In this document: in pieces, positions 51,046-61,405 of the stretch | Layout: each line of letters opens with the position of its first letter | How positions within the stretch are numbered: position 1 is the stretch's first letter | Source: a virus | Virus record (IMG/VR): IMGVR_UViG_3300035703_000077 | Location: 4,390-68,389 of that record | Strand: one strand, 5' to 3' | Length of the DNA: 64,000 nucleotides | Notes under the pieces: model-generated | What the model saw: only the letters and a program-made list of their open reading frames with translations | The model's database searches: none | What the model was told of the DNA's origin: nothing | Translations under genes and position numbers: made by a program

Positions 51046-53078
51046 ATAATCCTTCCTCTAATATCAGTTTGTGGGAACTTAACTTCAAAAACACATGGGT
51101 CTAATGATGGATATACTATTTTACCACTAGTTGCCAAATCGATTGGGTATTTATATGGTGAATATAAACCATTACATAAATTATAAATTTTAACATCCTG
51201 TGCAGTAGATACACCTTCTACAGTTGATAACAATAATTCAATTTCAGAAATATTAATTGGCATATCAAATGTCCAAAAATCTATATTAAAATATTCACGC
51301 AATTCATTTAAACAGTTAGTTAATACTTCACGTTTGTTATAATTTTGTAAAACAGATATAGTAAAATCCACTCCAATATTTACGATAAACCCGTCTAATA
51401 TATTTATTGCATCAGTTAACATTCTGTGCTCGGACAAATATGTTTTAACATTTTCTTTTATGGCTGGATTTAATACAGCTAAATTTTTATTTATGTCGTA
51501 GCCAAGTACATATAAATTGACTGCAAATGGATTATTTCTTTCACTGATTTCAAGTTGTTTATTTCTTAAAAATTCTTCTAATTTTAATTCAACTTGTTGT
51601 CTACTATCTTCCAAATTATCTGGAGTTGATACAAAATCATATATAAAATTTGATAGTTCATTTAAAACACGAGTAGATGCCAATACAGATGATGGTGAAT
51701 AACTATCAATCACACCGTCACCCATCACCGTTGCCTTTGCAACTGATCCGTATTTAGTTGGCATTGACAATGTCCTAACCACATAATCTTGTTTAGTAAC
51801 AGCTCGGTTTTGAGTAGAAAAATTAGCCAATGAGTTTTGTTTTATTTCCTCTAACGTTTCTAAACCAGCACCACCCCTTGCAGGTTCTTCATTTTCAACG
51901 GCAACGGATGTTTCAATGGATGATGCTAACCTAGCTTGAGAATCCGTAAGTAATGAAAAATTATTTTCAAATTCTATACCAACAATTCTAACCAAATCAC
52001 CAATACCCACATTTGACTCTACCCCACCACCCACATAATATTTTACAGTTATGTCAGTATTAGATGGTGATTGTCCATACGATTTTATCTTTAAAAATGC
52101 AGTTGGATCATAAGAAGTACCCATTTGATCAATTGAACTATTCAATCCTAATCCAACATTTTTAAAATTTGGTATAAGTATTTCATCATTTGAATTTGGG
52201 TCACCTACACCAAAATTTATAGATGTAGTATAATCTTCATTAATGCTAACCGTAAATCTTCTAGGAGTTTTTAAAGTTTTTAAAATATAAGGTACAGTAT
52301 CTCTATATTTAGAAAGTTCTGGATCATTTATAAATGTGTTTGGATAATCTAGATATACAGTATCTTGTGCTAAATAAGGAACTTCATAGTATTTGTTGTT
52401 ATTAGAATCTCTAACATCATAAACTGATATAACATTAGTATCACTTAGTAAAATATTAGAAAATGGAGTGCTTTCTCCAAAATTTACGGTTATTGTTTTT
52501 TCAGTTGCTGCAATTGCTTGTATTTTCTTTTTAACCAAGTATAAGTCTGGTTCATCTGTATTTGGATCAATTCTATATATACTAGTCTCTCGTTCAAATG
52601 GATCTGCGAAGTCCAACATATCTGTGGTAACAAATCTAACCGATGGGTTTGATGTTGATTCAACCGTCATACCTTGCTTAATTCGTAGATAATAAGTTGG
52701 ATCTGGTACATTGTTTGCACCTATTCCTATTGCAGGAACTAATTGATATACAGTTAGATTAACTATCGCAGGTGCCGCAACTCTCGGCTTATATCCTAAA
52801 AATTTTGATAATGCGAATACATTTAATCTATCTTGTGCATAAGGCATTAAAGACTCTCTTAATGTATCATCCACATAATAAGATAATACATCACCAACAT
52901 AAGATGCCATTTCCAAAAACATCATACCAGGGGACGCTTCATTAAAGTCCGTATATGTGTTAGGGAAATAAGTTTTTGCAAACTCTATTAAGTTTCTTTT
53001 AAATTGATCAAAATCCTTATTTAAATACTTAATATCCTTTGATGTTGTTCTAATATTTCTAGATGTTTTTAATGACAT
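51042..53078 (-). CDS. Baseplate wedge protein (T4 gp6 / baseplate J-like)
   Basis: DFDQFKRNL, YVGDVLSYY, LGYKP, GGAGLETLEEIK, QNRAVTKQDY. Confidence 0.9.
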   Translation of the reverse strand: MSLKTSRNIRTTSKDIKYLNKDFDQFKRNLIEFAKTYFPNTYTDFNEASPGMMFLEMASYVGDVLSYYVDDTLRESLMPYAQDRLNVFALSKFLGYKPRVAAPAIVNLTVYQLVPAIGIGANNVPDPTYYLRIKQGMTVESTSNPSVRFVTTDMLDFADPFERETSIYRIDPNTDEPDLYLVKKKIQAIAATEKTITVNFGESTPFSNILLSDTNVISVYDVRDSNNNKYYEVPYLAQDTVYLDYPNTFINDPELSKYRDTVPYILKTLKTPRRFTVSINEDYTTSINFGVGDPNSNDEILIPNFKNVGLGLNSSIDQMGTSYDPTAFLKIKSYGQSPSNTDITVKYYVGGGVESNVGIGDLVRIVGIEFENNFSLLTDSQARLASSIETSVAVENEEPARGGAGLETLEEIKQNSLANFSTQNRAVTKQDYVVRTLSMPTKYGSVAKATVMGDGVIDSYSPSSVLASTRVLNELSNFIYDFVSTPDNLEDSRQQVELKLEEFLRNKQLEISERNNPFAVNLYVLGYDINKNLAVLNPAIKENVKTYLSEHRMLTDAINILDGFIVNIGVDFTISVLQNYNKREVLTNCLNELREYFNIDFWTFDMPINISEIELLLSTVEGVSTAQDVKIYNLCNGLYSPYKYPIDLATSGKIVYPSLDPCVFEVKFPQTDIRGRII

Positions 53079-53082
53079 TTAA

Positions 53083-53514
53083 TTATCCTTCTATTGTAAA
53101 AAATACAGACTCTGTTTCAATATTATCCGTTAATGTATAATTAACTTGAATTCCAACTTTATTTTGGTCTATCATTTCAGGTGAAATATCCACGTCTATA
53201 CTATCTAAACTTACATATGGTAACCACGTTTGAAAAGCATTTTCAATTGTAGAAATTATTTGCGTCTCCAAATCTCCATCAATGTTATTAAATAATAAAC
53301 TATGTAAGCCAGTTCCAAAATTTGGATACATAACTCGCTCACCCTCTTTTGTGCGAAGTAAATTTGATATATTAGTTTTAATTTGCTCGGTAGATAAATA
53401 ATTTACATCAAAGTAACCTTGTTTTCCATATTTTATAGGTAATGATAATCCTAATGGTATATTTTTAAAATCATCACTATCTGTTAATAAACGGGATCCA
53501 AGTATATATGCCAT
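53083..53514 (-). CDS. Baseplate wedge protein gp25/GPW-like
   Basis: NLLRTKEGERVMYPNFGTGL..LLF...WLPYV. Confidence 0.9.
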   Translation of the reverse strand: MAYILGSRLLTDSDDFKNIPLGLSLPIKYGKQGYFDVNYLSTEQIKTNISNLLRTKEGERVMYPNFGTGLHSLLFNNIDGDLETQIISTIENAFQTWLPYVSLDSIDVDISPEMIDQNKVGIQVNYTLTDNIETESVFFTIEG

Positions 53515-53516
53515 TA

Positions 53517-53873
53517 TTATTTACCTTTATTAATAGCTTTCATTAGTTCTGAATAATCTCTATTCATAGCCTTTAAAACCGAGCCTTGTGATGCATTAGA
53601 TGGGTCTATATTAACACCAACAGGTACTATATCACTCATATCCATCATCACGCGTGGAGTTGCCATACTTAATGTATTTTGCATAGTTGGCCACTCATCA
53701 AAATCATTATGATTAATAGTATTGACAGACTCTTTAACTAAAGATTTATTTTCTTTAATAATCTTACGAACCTGTTTAGATACCTCTTCTTTAACAATTA
53801 AATTTAATTGTTTTTTAACTTCTTCTTTTACTAATATTTGTATAGCTTTTACTATTTTATTTATATCACTCAT
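53517..53873 (-). CDS. Hypothetical protein
   Basis: ILVKEEVKKQL helix; C-terminal RDYSELMKA. Confidence 0.65.
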   Translation of the reverse strand: MSDINKIVKAIQILVKEEVKKQLNLIVKEEVSKQVRKIIKENKSLVKESVNTINHNDFDEWPTMQNTLSMATPRVMMDMSDIVPVGVNIDPSNASQGSVLKAMNRDYSELMKAINKGK

Positions 53874-53917
53874 AATAATGTAAATTTATTTAATATAAAT
53901 ATCTAAATATGAATTTA

Positions 53918-55972
53918 TTAACACTTCACATCCGTTTTAATTGGGGCGTGATATTCAAAATGCCACATCTCATCTACACCAGCACCATCAGCTAAACGAA
54001 TTGGATTATACCAACCAAATTTAGGACCATTGACCGATAACCAGCGATATAATTGCGAGCTATTCCTACCTTTTCTATTGATACCAGGATCACCAGATCC
54101 ATCAACGACTCTATACAACTCACCAAAATCAATTGCTAATGCAAGTCCGTGTGGTGATGATCCAGCTTTTGCTACAGTTGCACCACTACCTAAAGATTGT
54201 TGATGTTCAAGGTCTCTATATGCAGACGTAAGTGTCCAGTTTATACCATCTTTTTTTGCAGCAGCTTTCATTGAAAAATATGCTTGAGCAGCTTGTGGGT
54301 GAAGTAAGAACCAACCACCAGTTCCATTATAGGTGTATCTTGATTTTCCACCTTTTTCTACACCAACTAAATCTTTTACAGGAATTTTAGCATTTTCATA
54401 ACCCTTACATTGAAAGTCTTTTGGCATTGGCGGTTTAGTGCCACCCACCTTTGGATATATCACAGCTTCTTTAATATCATTAAGTGGAACTGTTGGTGTA
54501 TCAATTAATTTTAAAGCCTCTGTGTTATTTTGAACCGATGGTGCAGCTTCAACTATAGTTCCAAGTGACGGCACCTTACCAGTTGTTTTTACGAAACCTA
54601 AAAATTCTTGTGACTCTTCTAGTGGCGAATCATCACCTGGGGGCGCTTGATCCTTTCCTACTCTAGATACACTTGGGTCATTTCCCGTAAAATTTAATCT
54701 ACTCAATAGTCTAGGTAACCTTGCTTTTAAAGCAAGATACTTTGGAATATTATTAGTTGGTCCTGGCAGTGTCTGTGGTGGTGTTGTACCCGTTGCAATA
54801 TAGTAAATGTTTGTTATAATTAAGTCTATCAATTCGCCTAACCATTGGTTTAAATCATTACCACGTGGTATATTTTGCAAGTTGGGACCTGATCCTAATA
54901 TACATCTTCCTTTGTGACCTGCAAATACTCTAAAATCAAAATTATTGGTAGTTACGTGCCAGTTTCCACCAATGTCACCCGTAATACCCTTTGCCAAGTC
55001 CCAACTCCAGTGCCCATCTGATATTAGCCCTGTATTACCCTTTGACCACATTATCATTTCTTTTGTTTTAGAGGATAAAATAATACGACCTGAATTTATT
55101 AAAACTTGGTCTTCATCTAAAACTTTTGGATAATCTGGAAATGATTTAGGTTTTGTGACAAAATTTGATTTATTTGATTCATTGACAGTTCCAGGTTGAA
55201 ATGGTAGTTCTTTTTTACCAGATGACATTATTAATATAGAACCATCTCTATTTATGTCCTCAACTGTAATTTGACCCTTTTTCTTTTGTTTTTTAGACAA
55301 GCTATTTTCTCTATTTCTAATAGTAATAGATGGATACATTTTTTGAGGTTTATTGTCATATCCACTAAATCTAATAGATTGCCCAAATCTAGATTCAATT
55401 AAAAAGTCACCTTCGTATAATTTTAATCTATGTAGTTTATTATCCGTTTCGTAATACTTACCATAATTTTCATCATTATATGGAGAATCCGCACCTTTTG
55501 TTTTTGATATACCAGTTGATGCGACATTTCCATATTTAGAGGCAGTGGATTGAGCTTGTCCCCCACCATATGTATCATAATATCCCCTAACTTCTTTTAA
55601 ATTTGTTTTATTTGCGGTTTCACTTGGATTTACCACCGTAGTGCAAACTCTATAATATGCACGCCCAGTAGGTGATTGTATTATTTCTACAATTTCATTT
55701 TTTACCGGTAGATTTATAATATTTCTGTCAAGTGGATATGCTATTTGGAATTGTTCGTCTCGCGTTTTCCAATTTGATGATCTTTTTACCACAATCGCAC
55801 CAACTACCGCAGTATCCTTATCAACAACTCCTTGAAGTTTTCTAACTTCAGGGTGTGACTCATCTAATATAACATCGGCAACAGTCGCTAAACTTACGGT
55901 TCTATCGTCTTTGTTAAAATTTGACTTGTTTTCAAATTGTATATTATTTGATATATTATTTAATACACTCAT
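53918..55972 (-). CDS. gp5-like baseplate hub/spike with C-terminal M15B (VanY-like) peptidoglycan peptidase
   Basis: PVKNEIV, EGD.LIESRFGQSIRF, INSGRIIL; C-terminal SAYR...SPHGLALAID...EMWHFEY Zn-peptidase motifs. Confidence 0.78.
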   Translation of the reverse strand: MSVLNNISNNIQFENKSNFNKDDRTVSLATVADVILDESHPEVRKLQGVVDKDTAVVGAIVVKRSSNWKTRDEQFQIAYPLDRNIINLPVKNEIVEIIQSPTGRAYYRVCTTVVNPSETANKTNLKEVRGYYDTYGGGQAQSTASKYGNVASTGISKTKGADSPYNDENYGKYYETDNKLHRLKLYEGDFLIESRFGQSIRFSGYDNKPQKMYPSITIRNRENSLSKKQKKKGQITVEDINRDGSILIMSSGKKELPFQPGTVNESNKSNFVTKPKSFPDYPKVLDEDQVLINSGRIILSSKTKEMIMWSKGNTGLISDGHWSWDLAKGITGDIGGNWHVTTNNFDFRVFAGHKGRCILGSGPNLQNIPRGNDLNQWLGELIDLIITNIYYIATGTTPPQTLPGPTNNIPKYLALKARLPRLLSRLNFTGNDPSVSRVGKDQAPPGDDSPLEESQEFLGFVKTTGKVPSLGTIVEAAPSVQNNTEALKLIDTPTVPLNDIKEAVIYPKVGGTKPPMPKDFQCKGYENAKIPVKDLVGVEKGGKSRYTYNGTGGWFLLHPQAAQAYFSMKAAAKKDGINWTLTSAYRDLEHQQSLGSGATVAKAGSSPHGLALAIDFGELYRVVDGSGDPGINRKGRNSSQLYRWLSVNGPKFGWYNPIRLADGAGVDEMWHFEYHAPIKTDVKC

Positions 55973-56358
55973 AAATTTTTTATTTTATCATTAGTCTCTT
56001 TAATGGAATATTCTATTTTTTTATTATCATCAAATATACTGTCAATATCAACTAGTAATTGCCGTTTTTCATCTTCCGTTAATAGCACACCATCCGCTGA
56101 TCCTTTTTTCTCTGATGTAATTATTTTCTGTGCAACGGATGCTAACCTAACTAATTGCTCATCGTTTTTTATAGATGATTCAATTAAATCAGTTAAAACA
56201 TTACCAACGGCAGATAAGTCACCACCAGTTTTAATCATACTCCTTACAAAGTCTATCTGTTCGGATATTTTATTCTTTTTTGTGACTTGGTTGGAGTAAA
56301 TATCTTTAAATAGGTCGCTTAAACTTTTACCTTTAAATAGTTCAAAATCTGTACTCAT
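55969..56358 (-). CDS. Hypothetical helical protein
   Basis: Likely start MSTDFELF at 56358, next to a TACTTATA motif. Confidence 0.65.
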   Translation of the reverse strand: MSTDFELFKGKSLSDLFKDIYSNQVTKKNKISEQIDFVRSMIKTGGDLSAVGNVLTDLIESSIKNDEQLVRLASVAQKIITSEKKGSADGVLLTEDEKRQLLVDIDSIFDDNKKIEYSIKETNDKIKNL

Positions 56359-56380
56359 AAATATAAGTATATATATAAAC

Positions 56381-56411
56381 AAAAAATGGAAAGGGTTTAG
56401 CTTTCCATTTT
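56381..56411 (-). terminator. Intrinsic terminator
   Basis: AAAATGGAAAG-loop-CTTTCCATTTT followed by a T-run, immediately after the sigma gene. Confidence 0.75.
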
Positions 56412-57210
56412 AATCATAATCTATAAATTTATATTCGTCTTTTCCAAATTCATATTCGTCTATATAATCTTCATATTCACTATCTATAAATTTTGCTATA
56501 TTATTTAATTCAACTATTTTTACATTATCTATATGACCGTGCTCAAAGAAATTATTGGATAGTTTTTTATAATAAAATTTCATAATATTAACAACTTTTG
56601 TTAAGTTGTGGGTTTTACATCCAGTCATTTCTCTAATATAGATATACAAGGCTTTTTTGTTAAAGTTTTCAATATATTGAGATCGCTTTATTAATTCCAA
56701 AATTGCGTATGCTATATCTATTTCACGTTTTTTTGTAAATATAGTTGGTATATTTGTGTCCCAAAACTCAATAAGAAGATTTTTAAATTCCAAATAATCA
56801 TTAGCTAACTCTTCATCATAGAAACCATTTTCAACATCCCAACTTTCTGGCATTTCGGAAATGGTAGAGACTTTCTGGTATCGCTTATAATTTTTAATGT
56901 CATTTAGCATTAAATAATTCCTAGCGATTACCGTAAAGTATGAAAACGCCCGTCCCAGTGTAACATCATATTTATCTATTTTCTCAATCAAATTAGATAC
57001 AACCTCTCGTTTTATATCATCGGGTGAATCGTCAAAATGAGAAAATCCATAAGTATTTAACACATTTTCAGCTAATTTTTCAAATGGATATTGTATCTTA
57101 TCTTTATAGATTTTTGATTTTTTTATTGGGTCTAATGTATTGTTATACTCAATAATAGCGTTTTGCGCTGTTATACCAAAATAAATTTTTGATTTCTTTT
57201 TTCGTGCCAT
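56410..57210 (-). CDS. Phage sigma factor, T4 gp55-like (late transcription)
   Basis: Region-2-like KIDKYD...RAFSYFTVIARNY; acidic C-terminal tail, as in gp55. Confidence 0.7.
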   Translation of the reverse strand: MARKKKSKIYFGITAQNAIIEYNNTLDPIKKSKIYKDKIQYPFEKLAENVLNTYGFSHFDDSPDDIKREVVSNLIEKIDKYDVTLGRAFSYFTVIARNYLMLNDIKNYKRYQKVSTISEMPESWDVENGFYDEELANDYLEFKNLLIEFWDTNIPTIFTKKREIDIAYAILELIKRSQYIENFNKKALYIYIREMTGCKTHNLTKVVNIMKFYYKKLSNNFFEHGHIDNVKIVELNNIAKFIDSEYEDYIDEYEFGKDEYKFIDYD

Positions 57211-57216
57211 TATGTG

Positions 57217-57462
57217 TTATATATTTTTATTATATTCGTCTATCAATCGCTTAATACTATCGAATGTAGAACCAACATAATCATCTTTTTCAAATAGACC
57301 CATACTATCTATTTGCACCAATTCTTTGTAAATATTATTTATTTTTATTTTTGTTGATAAATAGATTTGCTCAAGTTTATCCAATTTCTTAAATAAGTTC
57401 AACAAACCTATTATCAACAAAAAATTTAAAATAAAACTAATTAAAAATAATGCGTAAATCAT
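57217..57462 (-). CDS. Small membrane protein
   Basis: N-terminal TM helix plus coiled coil; adjacent to the lysozyme-like gene. Confidence 0.6.
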   Translation of the reverse strand: MIYALFLISFILNFLLIIGLLNLFKKLDKLEQIYLSTKIKINNIYKELVQIDSMGLFEKDDYVGSTFDSIKRLIDEYNKNI

Positions 57463-57465
57463 ATT

Positions 57466-58050
57466 TTAAAGTTCTAACTTATATCCTGAAAATCTAACCA
57501 TATAATATGTGATACTAGTGCCAAATGCATCTCTTGAAACTTGTCCACGCTCAAAGTAAGTAACTATTGACCCAGGACCCCCTAAATGCGCAGCTGCTAA
57601 TATTCCACTTTCAGTTATCGGTGTATTATTTATAATCAATACATTTTGCACGGACGTTCCGTCTAGTGTATGCTTATCAATATATGGTTGTAATCTTTCT
57701 TTATTTTTTTTAAGCAATTTTACCATTGCCTCATCCTGTAATCTCGGGTTTTTTAAAAATTCACTATGTGACGTATAAATACCCAAGCCTCTTAATGTTT
57801 TACTAGAAAATTGATATTTACCTAAATACCCATATCTACTAACTATATTATACCTTCCATTAGATTCCTTTTTACCAACAGCATCCATAAAATCATACAA
57901 ATCACCACGAATTTCATATTCGATAGTATCTGGTTTATAATTTTTTAGAATTTCAGCAGTCAATTCGGGACTAATGGGTTGATTTTTTAAAGCACTATCT
58001 GTAAATAAATATATAGATAATACTAGAAAAAGTATTTTCAGAATTTTCAT
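57466..58050 (-). CDS. Secreted/anchored lysozyme-like (transglycosylase) protein
   Basis: Signal/TM N-terminus; KES (catalytic Glu), GYLGKYQF, ITESGILAAAHLGG. Confidence 0.72.
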   Translation of the reverse strand: MKILKILFLVLSIYLFTDSALKNQPISPELTAEILKNYKPDTIEYEIRGDLYDFMDAVGKKESNGRYNIVSRYGYLGKYQFSSKTLRGLGIYTSHSEFLKNPRLQDEAMVKLLKKNKERLQPYIDKHTLDGTSVQNVLIINNTPITESGILAAAHLGGPGSIVTYFERGQVSRDAFGTSITYYMVRFSGYKLEL

Positions 58051-58242
58051 CTTTATCTTCCTTTATACTAGTTAAGATTTATATTGTGGAGATTATAGTA
58101 TTTGAGTTTATAATGTATTAATTTTTATATATACTTATTTCCACTTTGATAACTTTTAGTTATTTTAAGTCGAAACCTGCTATCTCCATATTTAAATGGT
58201 ATACGAAGTTATAAGTATAAGAAAACAAAAAAATAGTCATTT

Positions 58243-58512
58243 TTATGATTCACCTGTATTCGTAAAATTAAATATAGAATCTTTAATATTTAACATATCA
58301 AATTTATCATATTTAACTTTCTTATTGTCAGTGTTCATAAGTTTTCCATTATTATAAAATTGTATTAATTCTTGCTTGAATGAATCTTCATCTACGATAT
58401 TGTATTTAAACATATATAGCAATAAAAATTCCATTAAAGTAAATGTTTCTGTTACTATTTTTTGTAAATCTTCATTCGATATACCATCAGTATCAGCCAT
58501 CAAGCTCCCCAT
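58243..58512 (-). CDS. Hypothetical protein
   Basis: Co-oriented 89-aa ORF overlapping its upstream neighbour. Confidence 0.5.
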   Translation of the reverse strand: MGSLMADTDGISNEDLQKIVTETFTLMEFLLLYMFKYNIVDEDSFKQELIQFYNNGKLMNTDNKKVKYDKFDMLNIKDSIFNFTNTGES

Positions 58513-58750
58513 TTAAATTTATTTTGAATATATTATTGCTTTCATCTAATTTATCATAAAGATTGTCACCAAATGCAAGTTTGATGCTACTTTCTTGATA
58601 TCCAATAGCTTGTGCTAATCTAACACACATTATTTTATATTCCCATATATTCATATTATCTGGTACTATAAATTCTATTTTAGATGCCTCGCGATTTATA
58701 AATTCATCATCGATGTCCAAAAATTCAAAACTTAATTTTGCTTTATTCAT
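58493..58750 (-). CDS. Hypothetical protein
   Basis: 85-aa co-oriented ORF. Confidence 0.6.
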   Translation of the reverse strand: MNKAKLSFEFLDIDDEFINREASKIEFIVPDNMNIWEYKIMCVRLAQAIGYQESSIKLAFGDNLYDKLDESNNIFKINLNGELDG

Positions 58751-58761
58751 ATAAATATCCT

Positions 58762-59481
58762 TTATTGTAAAATATAACCTTCTTTTTCAATAAAGTGTAA
58801 TGCATCTTTATATTTTATAAATTTTGAATCATTACCATCCATTGATTTAATCATAACTCTGTCATTTCTGCCGTATTTCCTATCATTCACAACTTGCGTT
58901 GAATATATCCTACGCTTATCGGTTATTAAAATTCCATTCAAGTGGTCAATCTCGTGTTGTGCAGTAACACATTCTAGCAAGCCCGTGTCTGACATAACAT
59001 CATTAAAATTTTTATATTCTTCTTTATCTGCACTAAAAACCAACTCACCCAAATTATCAGTTTTAACTGTGATTGATTTAGCCCTGATTGTAGATTTTGG
59101 TTTTCGTAATGTATTTGGAATTGATAAACAACCCTCCATATAAACAACAGAGTCTTGGGAATATTCAGTAATAACGGGATTAACCAAAATCAAAGGATCT
59201 TTGACATTTATAATGCATACTCTTTTATCAATTCCAATTTGATTTGCAGATAATCCAACTCCACCATATAGTTTTAAATAAACAGCAAGTAGAGCCGAAA
59301 TTCTATTTAATTCATCATCAGTTATAGATGAGCTTTCAATTTTATTAGATAAAATACCAACATCTTTTATAATTGGCTTTATATCATCTTTTTGTATATT
59401 TGCCAAATGTTCAAGAGACAGCCATTCTGGCTTCGGTGGCTTTTCTAAATGTATTGTATCCGACCAAGTATTATCTTCCAT
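58762..59481 (-). CDS. def: Peptide deformylase
   Basis: GVGLSANQIG, EGCLS, QHEIDHLNG motifs. Confidence 0.93.
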   Translation of the reverse strand: MEDNTWSDTIHLEKPPKPEWLSLEHLANIQKDDIKPIIKDVGILSNKIESSSITDDELNRISALLAVYLKLYGGVGLSANQIGIDKRVCIINVKDPLILVNPVITEYSQDSVVYMEGCLSIPNTLRKPKSTIRAKSITVKTDNLGELVFSADKEEYKNFNDVMSDTGLLECVTAQHEIDHLNGILITDKRRIYSTQVVNDRKYGRNDRVMIKSMDGNDSKFIKYKDALHFIEKEGYILQ

Positions 59482-59504
59482 TTATATTATCCTTTTTTTT
59501 ATTA

Positions 59505-60575
59505 TTAAAATAGTTTATGCGGTTTTGCTTCATTCATTCCCGCGGATGTAATAACAACGTAATCTGTGTTTCCTTGGTATGTGAGTATATCACTTGCCCC
59601 GACATAGGATAATGCAGATCGTAAACCATCTTGTAATTTCATTATGGTGTATTTTACACCACCTTTAAAAGGAATAACGGTTGATTCACCTTCTACATTT
59701 CTACTTTCAAGTCCGTGTGTTGTTTTAGTCTCCAAGGATGCCGAACCTCTATATCGTTTATATAGTTGATTACCCTTTTCAATAATAGAACCAGGAGTTT
59801 CAACTGTTCCAGCTAATAAAGAACCCAACATAACGGTATCCGCCCCAACTGCAATTGCCTTTGCAATATCACCAGATGTTCTAATACCACCGTCCGCAAT
59901 TATAGGAACCAACCCATAAACGAATTCAAGTTCAGCTTGAGCCTTTACACAATCTTCAATTGAAGTTACAGATGGGATACCCATACCAGTTTCAATGCGA
60001 GTAGTGCACAATGAACCACCACCGATACCAACTCTAACGGCATCCGCACCCCATTTAATTAAATCCGAAGTTCCACTATAAGTTGCAACTGAACCAGCAA
60101 TGACATCAACTGAATGATGTCTCTTAACCCAACTGATCATATCCTTTACATTTTTATGATGACCGTGTGCAACATCAATTAAAATTATATTACACCCAGC
60201 CTTTACCAATTCTATAACTCGGTTACGTTCATTGTCACCAACACCAACCGCAGCCATAATTGGAATTTCTAAATCACCCCAAACTGAATTTAATTGTTCT
60301 TTGTTTTGACTAATATATGATTTTAAGTTTTGGATAATTTTGGATTGGTCATCAACTGCCATAAATCTATGAATACACCCAACACCACCCATTGATAAAA
60401 GCCGGACTGCCATATCATATTCACAAACCGTGTCCATCGGTGCAGCGACAAACGGACTAACAATATCAAAGTTTTTAGTTAACTTTGATTTTAAACTAAT
60501 TTCTTTACGAGAACCGACTTCACTATATTTTGGAATTAGTTGGATATCATCGTAGGTGTAAGCTATTTTTCTCAT
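59505..60575 (-). CDS. IMP dehydrogenase / GMP reductase family (no CBS domain)
   Basis: TYDDIQLIP, APMDTV, IDVAHGH, GIGGGSLCTT (catalytic Cys), IADGGI, YRGSAS. Confidence 0.9.
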   Translation of the reverse strand: MRKIAYTYDDIQLIPKYSEVGSRKEISLKSKLTKNFDIVSPFVAAPMDTVCEYDMAVRLLSMGGVGCIHRFMAVDDQSKIIQNLKSYISQNKEQLNSVWGDLEIPIMAAVGVGDNERNRVIELVKAGCNIILIDVAHGHHKNVKDMISWVKRHHSVDVIAGSVATYSGTSDLIKWGADAVRVGIGGGSLCTTRIETGMGIPSVTSIEDCVKAQAELEFVYGLVPIIADGGIRTSGDIAKAIAVGADTVMLGSLLAGTVETPGSIIEKGNQLYKRYRGSASLETKTTHGLESRNVEGESTVIPFKGGVKYTIMKLQDGLRSALSYVGASDILTYQGNTDYVVITSAGMNEAKPHKLF

Positions 60576-60597
60576 TCGTGTTTTTACTTTATTTTAT

Positions 60598-60626
60598 AAT
60601 ATACTTAATTTAATTTTAAAAATCAA
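60598..60626 (-). promoter_or_regulatory. Sigma70-type promoter TTGATT-N17-TATATT
   Basis: -35 at 60621-60626, -10 at 60598-60603, upstream of the IMPDH/GMPR gene. Confidence 0.6.
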
Positions 60627-60634
60627 CTTTTTAT

Positions 60635-61405
60635 TTAGTTTGAAAGCGGTAACTTAATTGTAGCGTGTGATTTATAGTCCCTAAGTATAAAATCAGATGG
60701 TTTTAAACTATTTATTAAACTATCAATATCCAACGGAACTTCAGGTATAGCGTGCATCATATTAAGCAACTCTTCATTAAATTCCACTTTAGGCAACTCA
60801 AACGATTCTCTATCTAATTGCTCCTTTATTAGTTCAATATGATTACTGTATATGTGAGTATCTCCACCATTGAATATCAATTCATCAGGAACCATATTAA
60901 CATATCTACCAATAAACATAAGTAATAATCCATAGGAGGCTAAATTAAAAGGTAATCCCAATCCAACATCAGTGCTTCGCATATTGAACATTAGAGAGAT
61001 TGCTCGGTTTGGTATGTTTTCTTTATTCATTAAGTCAATAGTTGGTGGAACAAAGTGTAATCTACCAAGTGTTGTTTCATAATATCTCACGCGTTCTTCT
61101 ATACTCAACTCTCTCGTATAAACTTGAAAACTATAGTGACAAGGTGGAAGCACCATATCTGAAAGGTCATCTACTGCCCACGCATTTACAATTAACCTAC
61201 GAGAGTCCGGATTTTCTTTTAATTGTTTAATTAAATCGGATATTTGATCAACATTACCATTCCAGTTACGCCACTGTGCTCCATAAATTGGTCCTAACTT
61301 ACCCCACTTTTGGGAAAACTCATCATCGGTTTTGATTTTGTTGATAAATTCTTCTTTTGTATAAGGTCTACCACTTTCGTGTAAATCGTTTTTATTTGCT
61401 TTCAT
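60635..61405 (-). CDS. thyA: Thymidylate synthase, C-terminal part
   Basis: LGPIYGAQWR, DSRR, LPPCH, RSTDVGLGLPFN, DTHIYSNH; ATG at 61405 overlaps the endonuclease stop. Confidence 0.9.
   Translation of the reverse strand: MKANKNDLHESGRPYTKEEFINKIKTDDEFSQKWGKLGPIYGAQWRNWNGNVDQISDLIKQLKENPDSRRLIVNAWAVDDLSDMVLPPCHYSFQVYTRELSIEERVRYYETTLGRLHFVPPTIDLMNKENIPNRAISLMFNMRSTDVGLGLPFNLASYGLLLMFIGRYVNMVPDELIFNGGDTHIYSNHIELIKEQLDRESFELPKVEFNEELLNMMHAIPEVPLDIDSLINSLKPSDFILRDYKSHATIKLPLSN

Noticed and set aside
58051-58242. ncRNA or small gene in the longest intergenic gap
   Set aside because: Only a 9-codon ORF and a TACTTATA motif were seen; no convincing stable structure or tRNA cloverleaf.
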